A model generated the notes under the pieces. That model searched no databases and was not told where the DNA came from. It was given only the letters and a program-made list of their open reading frames with translations. The position numbers and the translations under genes were made by a program. Source: Hyphomicrobiales bacterium (GTDB lineage Bacteria; Pseudomonadota; Alphaproteobacteria; Rhizobiales; JAJFHR01). Taken from it: a stretch of 64,000 bases of DNA. Below are positions 59,483 to 64,000 of this stretch, one piece after another (the first letter of the stretch is position 1; every line of letters begins with the position of its first letter). The stretch lies in the NCBI GenBank assembly GCA_021775475.1, contig JAJFHS010000070.1, positions 29,234 to 93,233 on the forward strand, given 5' to 3'.

Positions 59483-60328
59483 CTAATCAACATCATCTTC
59501 ATCTTCATCTTCATCTTCATCTTCATCATCGAGAAGACCGTCTTCAGCATCGCGTTCGGCCTGCTTCTTGGCAACGTAGGCGACAGAAAGAATTGAGAGT
59601 TCATATAAAAGCAACGTGGGGATCGCAAGGCCAATCTGACTGATAGGGTCTGGTGGTGTCAGAAAAGCTGCGGCGGCAAAAGTTGCGACAATTGCGTACT
59701 TGCGTTTGTCTCTTAGTCCCTGCGGCGTCACCAACCGGGCCTTGGCCAGAAGCGTTAAGACAACCGGCAATTGAAAAACCAAACCAAATGCGAAGATCAG
59801 TGTCATGATCAAGCTGAGGTATTCGCTGACACGGGGCAAAAGCGTAATCGCCAGTTGGTCCTCACCCCCGGTCTGTTCCATGCTCAAAAAGAAGGACATC
59901 GCCAGAGGCATGACGATGAAATAAACGATTGATCCGCCAAGAACAAACAATATGGGCGTAGCAGCAAGGAATGGCAGGAAGGCCGCGCGCTCGTTTTTAT
60001 ACAATCCCGGAGCGACAAACATATACAGCTGGCCGGCGATTACGGGGAAGGAAATAGCTAAAGCACCAAACAGTCCGAGTTTGAGCTGGGTGAACAAAAA
60101 CTCCTGCGGGGCGGTGAATATCAGCTGCGAATTTCCGTCGGGGCCAACAGCGCGTTCATACGGATACAAGAGGAAATTGAAAATCTCATTGGCAAAGTAG
60201 AAACATATACTGAAGGCTATGACAAATACGATCATGGTCTTGATCAGACGCGAGCGTAATTCGGTTAAATGCTCAACCAGGGGGGCGCGGCTGGCATCAA
60301 TCTCGTCTTCGGGCGTTGTCGAGGTCAT
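59483..60328 (-). CDS. tatC: twin-arginine translocase subunit TatC, with an (ED)n acidic tail
   Basis: PLVEHLTELRSRLI, 6 TM, FLTPPDPISQ. C-terminus is DDEDEDEDEDEDDVD. Confidence 0.95.
   Translation of the reverse strand: MTSTTPEDEIDASRAPLVEHLTELRSRLIKTMIVFVIAFSICFYFANEIFNFLLYPYERAVGPDGNSQLIFTAPQEFLFTQLKLGLFGALAISFPVIAGQLYMFVAPGLYKNERAAFLPFLAATPILFVLGGSIVYFIVMPLAMSFFLSMEQTGGEDQLAITLLPRVSEYLSLIMTLIFAFGLVFQLPVVLTLLAKARLVTPQGLRDKRKYAIVATFAAAAFLTPPDPISQIGLAIPTLLLYELSILSVAYVAKKQAERDAEDGLLDDEDEDEDEDEDDVD
59495..59524. repeat. perfect hexanucleotide microsatellite (ATCTTC)x5 inside the tatC 3' end
   Basis: ATCTTC repeated 5 times, read directly. On the coding strand this is (GAAGAT)5, giving EDEDEDEDED. 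Confidence 0.9.
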
Positions 60329-60801
60329 GCACTTGCCTTTGCAGCGACTTTAGCCGGTTTTTTGGTGGCGGCTTTCTTTACCGGTTTTTTCGCTTTGGCA
60401 GAGCTTGCTTTTGGTGCAGCTTTCTTGGCTTTTGGTGCGGCTTTTTTCTTCGTCGCTTTTTTTGTCTTCTTCTTGGGCGTCTCTAACGGTGGCAATGCTG
60501 TATCCATACCACCGATAGAATCTTTAATGCTGCTTCCCGCTTCTTCAAACGGCGATAGTGCATCCTTAATCTTACTGGTGGGTGACATGTCTTTTACCGA
60601 TTCAATGCCTTCGCGAATCTCTTTGAACTCTTCCTGATCGGCTATGTCATCAAAATGGGATTTGAACTCGCCAGCCATATTGCGGGCCTTTGCCACCATT
60701 TTGCCAATACGGCGCAGCAGACCGGGCAGGTCCTTTGGACCCACCACTATAATTGCGACCACTCCAAGAATGAGAAGTTCCAAGCCACCGATATCAAACA
60801 T
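60325..60801 (-). CDS. tatB: twin-arginine translocase subunit TatB, with a Lys/Ala-rich tail
   Basis: MFDIGGLELLILGVVAIIVVGPKDLP, then an amphipathic helix. Overlaps tatC by 4 bp. Confidence 0.88.
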   Translation of the reverse strand: MFDIGGLELLILGVVAIIVVGPKDLPGLLRRIGKMVAKARNMAGEFKSHFDDIADQEEFKEIREGIESVKDMSPTSKIKDALSPFEEAGSSIKDSIGGMDTALPPLETPKKKTKKATKKKAAPKAKKAAPKASSAKAKKPVKKAATKKPAKVAAKASA

Positions 60802-60866
60802 TTTTCGCTCGCGGTCTGTTGGTCACCATTGCGGACCAACGTCTAGAACAAGCCGGGCCTGATGGC

Positions 60867-61106
60867 TCAGCTTTTTGCTTTTGATGTTCTCTTGACCGAC
60901 GCGACGGTTTCATCAGCGTCATGTTCAATTGTCTTTACGGTATCACTTGCCGCTTCTTCAGTCTCATCGACATCATCAGCCATGCCTTTTTTGAAACTTT
61001 TGATGCCTTTGGCAACGTCCGCCATCAGGCCAGAAATTTTACCGCGCCCAAACAACAGGACGAGCAATACCGCAACGATTAAAATTTGTATCCAACTTGG
61101 TGCCAT
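60867..61106 (-). CDS. tatA: twin-arginine translocase subunit TatA
   Basis: [36 protein letters not shown]. Confidence 0.9.
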   Translation of the reverse strand: MAPSWIQILIVAVLLVLLFGRGKISGLMADVAKGIKSFKKGMADDVDETEEAASDTVKTIEHDADETVASVKRTSKAKS

Positions 61107-61275
61107 TTTCTAAACTCTCCACTCAATTACGCAATCTGCGGCACTAATTTTCGCCAGTATGGCAAAATTACAGCCTCGCCGCAATCATTCCCCACTGTTA
61201 ATTGCCAACGGGGTAAATATTGTCAGTTCTATACCCCGCAACCGGCAAAAGTGCTAATCAATATATACGCCTTAT

Positions 61276-62397
61276 CTAGTTATCTTTGCGGGGAAATGCA
61301 AAAATTTGTGCGGGATCAACCAGGATTTTTATCATATCCCCCTGTTTTTCCACAATTTCTCCCGGTATTCGGGCCTGTACAGGATTGTCGAGATTAGCCA
61401 GATGAATATCTATCAGACTGCATTCACCCAAAAACCTTACGTTGCCAATGCGTCCATCCAATCCTTCGTCAGTGGTTGAAATTGTTATCCCTTGAGGCCG
61501 TACCAGAATATTCATGTTTGTACCGGTTGCCAGTTCGGGAGTATTTACCGTGCCCACGGCAGTTTTAATATGCCCGGCTTCGACCACACCTTCCAGTTCA
61601 TTAAAATCACAGAAAAACCTGGCAGCTTCAATATCAACGGGATTTGTATACAATTCTTTTGGCGATCCAACCTGCACCAGACACCCTTCGCGCATCAAAA
61701 TAATGCGATCTGCCATGCGCATGGCTTCCTGTGGATCATGCGTTACCAGCAGGCTGCAGGCACTGGTTTCTTTTAAAACCGCGAGCGTTTCATCGCGCAC
61801 ATTATCGCGCAGACGTTGATCCAGCCCCGAAAACGGCTCATCCATTAACAACACAAGCGGGCGTGGCGCAATGGCGCGCGCCAAAGCGACGCGTTGTTGT
61901 TCACCACCCGACAAAACATACGGATAGACGTGTTCGTATTGTGACATTCCCACTCGTTTTAGCGCTGCTTTGGCGGCAACAATGGATTGGGACTTGCCTA
62001 AGCTGGTGAGACCGAATGTGACGTTTTCAAGAATTGATTTGTGCGGGAACAAGGCGAAATCCTGAAACACCAGCCCAATTCCACGTTTTTCCGGGGCGAG
62101 AAAATTATCAGGCCCGGCGATTTCCTGATTATTCATAAAAATCCGGCCGCTGGTCTGGCGCTCAAGACCGGCAGCTATTCTCAACAAGGTTGATTTACCA
62201 CACCCTGATGGCCCCAGCAGACAGACTATTTCTCCCGGATTGAGGTCAAAGGACACGTCTTTCAGCGTCGGCACATCACCGTAACTATGGCAAATATTTT
62301 TGAACTGAACCCGGGCTGCAAATGTTGCGGCCGCAGTTCCCCGCTTGCCCCAGCTTGCCGGTATGCCGGTTGTAACCGTATCGACCATTTCACCCAT
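61276..62397 (-). CDS. ABC transporter ATP-binding protein (PotA/FbpC/MalK-like importer ATPase with a C-terminal TOBE-like domain), orphan
   Basis: GPSGCGKSTLL (Walker A), LSGGEQQRVALARA (signature), LLMDEPFSGLD (Walker B), VTHD (H-loop). No permease or SBP genes are adjacent. Confidence 0.88.
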   Translation of the reverse strand: MGEMVDTVTTGIPASWGKRGTAAATFAARVQFKNICHSYGDVPTLKDVSFDLNPGEIVCLLGPSGCGKSTLLRIAAGLERQTSGRIFMNNQEIAGPDNFLAPEKRGIGLVFQDFALFPHKSILENVTFGLTSLGKSQSIVAAKAALKRVGMSQYEHVYPYVLSGGEQQRVALARAIAPRPLVLLMDEPFSGLDQRLRDNVRDETLAVLKETSACSLLVTHDPQEAMRMADRIILMREGCLVQVGSPKELYTNPVDIEAARFFCDFNELEGVVEAGHIKTAVGTVNTPELATGTNMNILVRPQGITISTTDEGLDGRIGNVRFLGECSLIDIHLANLDNPVQARIPGEIVEKQGDMIKILVDPAQIFAFPRKDN

Positions 62398-62451
62398 CTA
62401 TCAAAACATGTTTAAAAACGTAAACATTCCAGCAGTGGTGTGGTCGATTTT

Positions 62452-63177
62452 TTATTCCTCGTCAAGTTCGACAAGCGGTTGTGATGAATAATACCCATCG
62501 TCATCCATGGGATCTTCGTCGGGACTAAGGTCATCATCGTTGGGCGACGGCATCTCAAAATCCGGCGGCAGGTTACCATCGAGCAACCCGGCCCCTTTCA
62601 GTTCAGCCAGCCCCGGCAACTCACCAATGGTATCGAGACCAAAGTGATTGAGGAAATGTTCAGTGGTGCCATAGGTAACCGGTCTGCCGGGAGAGCGTCT
62701 GCGCCCGCGCAATCTGATCCACCCCATCTCGAGCAGGACATCCAGAGTTCCGCGCGAAATGCTGACACCGCGCACAGCTTCAATTTCCGCTCGCGTGGCA
62801 GGTTGGTGATAGGCAATGATCGACAGCGTTTCGAGAGCGGCTTTGGACAGCTTTTTTTGCTCAATTGCCTCACGCTGCATTAAGAATCTCAGGTCATCTG
62901 CCGTGCGAAAGGCCCATTTGCCGGCAACCTTGACCAAATGGACACCGCGGCTGGAATAGTCTTCAGCAAGGACATTCAAAAGAGCAGAAATATCCGCGTC
63001 TTGCGGTAATCGAGAGCGCAGACTTTCTTCGTCCAGGGGTTCTGCTGCAGCAAACAGCAAGGCTTCGAGAATACGCCGGTGCTGAGCCACATCGGGGGCC
63101 ACGCTATGCAGAACGGCCACAGTGTTTGTGTCATCAAATTGAGCTTGTCTGGTTTCTATTTTTAGAGGTTTTTCCAC
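62452..63177 (-). CDS. scpB: segregation and condensation protein B
   Basis: ILEALLFAAAEPL, LSKAALETLSIIAYHQPATRAEIEAVRGV, GRPVTYGTT, and an acidic C-terminus. Confidence 0.9.
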   Translation of the reverse strand: MEKPLKIETRQAQFDDTNTVAVLHSVAPDVAQHRRILEALLFAAAEPLDEESLRSRLPQDADISALLNVLAEDYSSRGVHLVKVAGKWAFRTADDLRFLMQREAIEQKKLSKAALETLSIIAYHQPATRAEIEAVRGVSISRGTLDVLLEMGWIRLRGRRRSPGRPVTYGTTEHFLNHFGLDTIGELPGLAELKGAGLLDGNLPPDFEMPSPNDDDLSPDEDPMDDDGYYSSQPLVELDEE

Positions 63178-63230
63178 AATTTCAATCCAACTTTCAAAAA
63201 TACATTACTCAACAGTGCCGATCGGCATGG

Positions 63231-63989
63231 TCACGCCACTTTTCGTTTGCGCATATAAAGCGGGGCAAACGGTTTGGTTTGCTTTAATTCCAACGCCCCT
63301 TCACGCACCAGTTCCAGCGTGGCGCTGAAGCTGCTGGCCATAACTGAGCTACGGGTTTCTTCCGTTGTCAGATATTCCACCAAAAACGCATCAATCGTGC
63401 CCCAGTCATCCATCTCGCCGAGAAGACTTTCAAGACATTGCCGCGCCTGTTTAATTGACCATACCGGTAGGCGCTTAAATTTGATCTCAGTTATTGCCGA
63501 GCGCTGCACCCGGGTGGCGTAGGCAGCCAGAAGGTCATAAAGATTATCGCTGTACTCGCTGGTGGTAATCACCCGTATGCCTTCAGGTTCACCGCGTGCA
63601 AAGACGTCTCGCCCCAGGCAATTGCGCGCCATTAGGTTGGCGGCGGCTTCGCGCATGGCTTCAAGGCGCTTTAACCGAAACGCCAACATTGCGGCCAACT
63701 CTTCACCACTGGCTCCGGCTTCTTCTTCGGGTTCGGGCAACAAGAGCTTTGATTTGAGGTAGGCGAGCCAGGCTGCCATTACCAGGTAATCTGCCGCAAG
63801 CTCCAGGCGAAGTTTGCGGGCGTTGTTGATGAAAACCAGATATTGTTCAGCCAACGCCAGAATTGAAATTTTGGTCAAATCCACTTTTTGAGTGCGGGCA
63901 AGATTTAACAGAAGATCCAGTGGTCCTTCAAAACCATCAAGATCAACAACAAGAGCTGCTTTTTCATCGCGCTGCTCAAACGGTACCAC
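63231..63989 (-). CDS. scpA: segregation and condensation protein A (kleisin); the true start may lie beyond the window edge
   Basis: LDGFEGPLDLLLNLAR..KVDLTKISILALAEQY. The track start is a GTG at 63989, but the frame stays open to position 64000. Confidence 0.85.
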   Translation of the reverse strand: MVPFEQRDEKAALVVDLDGFEGPLDLLLNLARTQKVDLTKISILALAEQYLVFINNARKLRLELAADYLVMAAWLAYLKSKLLLPEPEEEAGASGEELAAMLAFRLKRLEAMREAAANLMARNCLGRDVFARGEPEGIRVITTSEYSDNLYDLLAAYATRVQRSAITEIKFKRLPVWSIKQARQCLESLLGEMDDWGTIDAFLVEYLTTEETRSSVMASSFSATLELVREGALELKQTKPFAPLYMRKRKVA

Positions 63990-64000
63990 GTCGTCAAAAT

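Noticed and set aside
1-64000. Search for CRISPR arrays, transposases, integrases, toxin-antitoxin pairs or known defence-system genes
   Set aside because: None seen. There are no regularly spaced direct repeats, and no DDE, serine or tyrosine recombinase motifs. No nuclease, helicase, STAND or TIR-type accessory proteins appear beyond the housekeeping Mfd, RecG and UvrA.

Overview
The window reads as a core-chromosome segment of an alphaproteobacterium, possibly a marine Rhodospirillales/SAR116-like lineage. That lineage call is inferred from gene order and motifs only. GC looks moderate by eye and was not computed. About 58 protein genes and one tRNA-Lys(UUU) are supported, and most are housekeeping.

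Gene content, left to right:
- Acyl-CoA metabolism: PaaG-like hydratase, UbiH-like monooxygenase, SDR, family III CoA-transferase, AEC transporter, cfa, and a malyl-CoA-lyase-like CitE/HpcH protein.
- hspQ, an orphan YejA-like binding protein, and two adenylate-forming enzymes.
- A degenerate PleD/PopA-like protein and a DsbA-like protein.
- mfd, sdhE, recG.
- VIT, DUF502, TPR-SPOR, glmS, glmU, capD-like, SPOR, EamA.
- tRNA-Lys, asmA.
- tgt, queA, two cyclophilins, coaD, lysE-family, gyrA.
- marC, a small secreted ORF, tauE.
- ssb / uvrA (divergent, with SOS boxes between them), then trmFO.
- NDUFAF6-like and NDUFAF3-like (DUF498) genes, then secF, secD, yajC.
- DUF815 ATPase, LysM/M23 peptidase, pcm, surE, serS.
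- tatC, tatB, tatA, an orphan ABC ATPase, scpB, scpA.

I found no CRISPR array, transposase, integrase, phage genes or recognisable defence genes. I cannot point to a convincing novel multi-gene system.

The most unusual items:
1. A ~390-bp imperfect palindromic, MITE-like element with 33-bp terminal inverted repeats, sitting in the marC/orf convergent terminator.
2. A REC-REC-GGDEF protein with all catalytic motifs degenerate but the RxxD I-site kept (PopA-like c-di-GMP effector candidate).
3. A degenerate plus canonical adenylate-forming gene pair behind an orphan binding protein.
4. A nested ATTCCCGC..GCGGGAAT palindromic repeat after ssb.
5. A plus-strand intrinsic terminator with no annotated gene, which suggests an sRNA.

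All family calls come from reading the translations and from remembered motifs. No database search was run.
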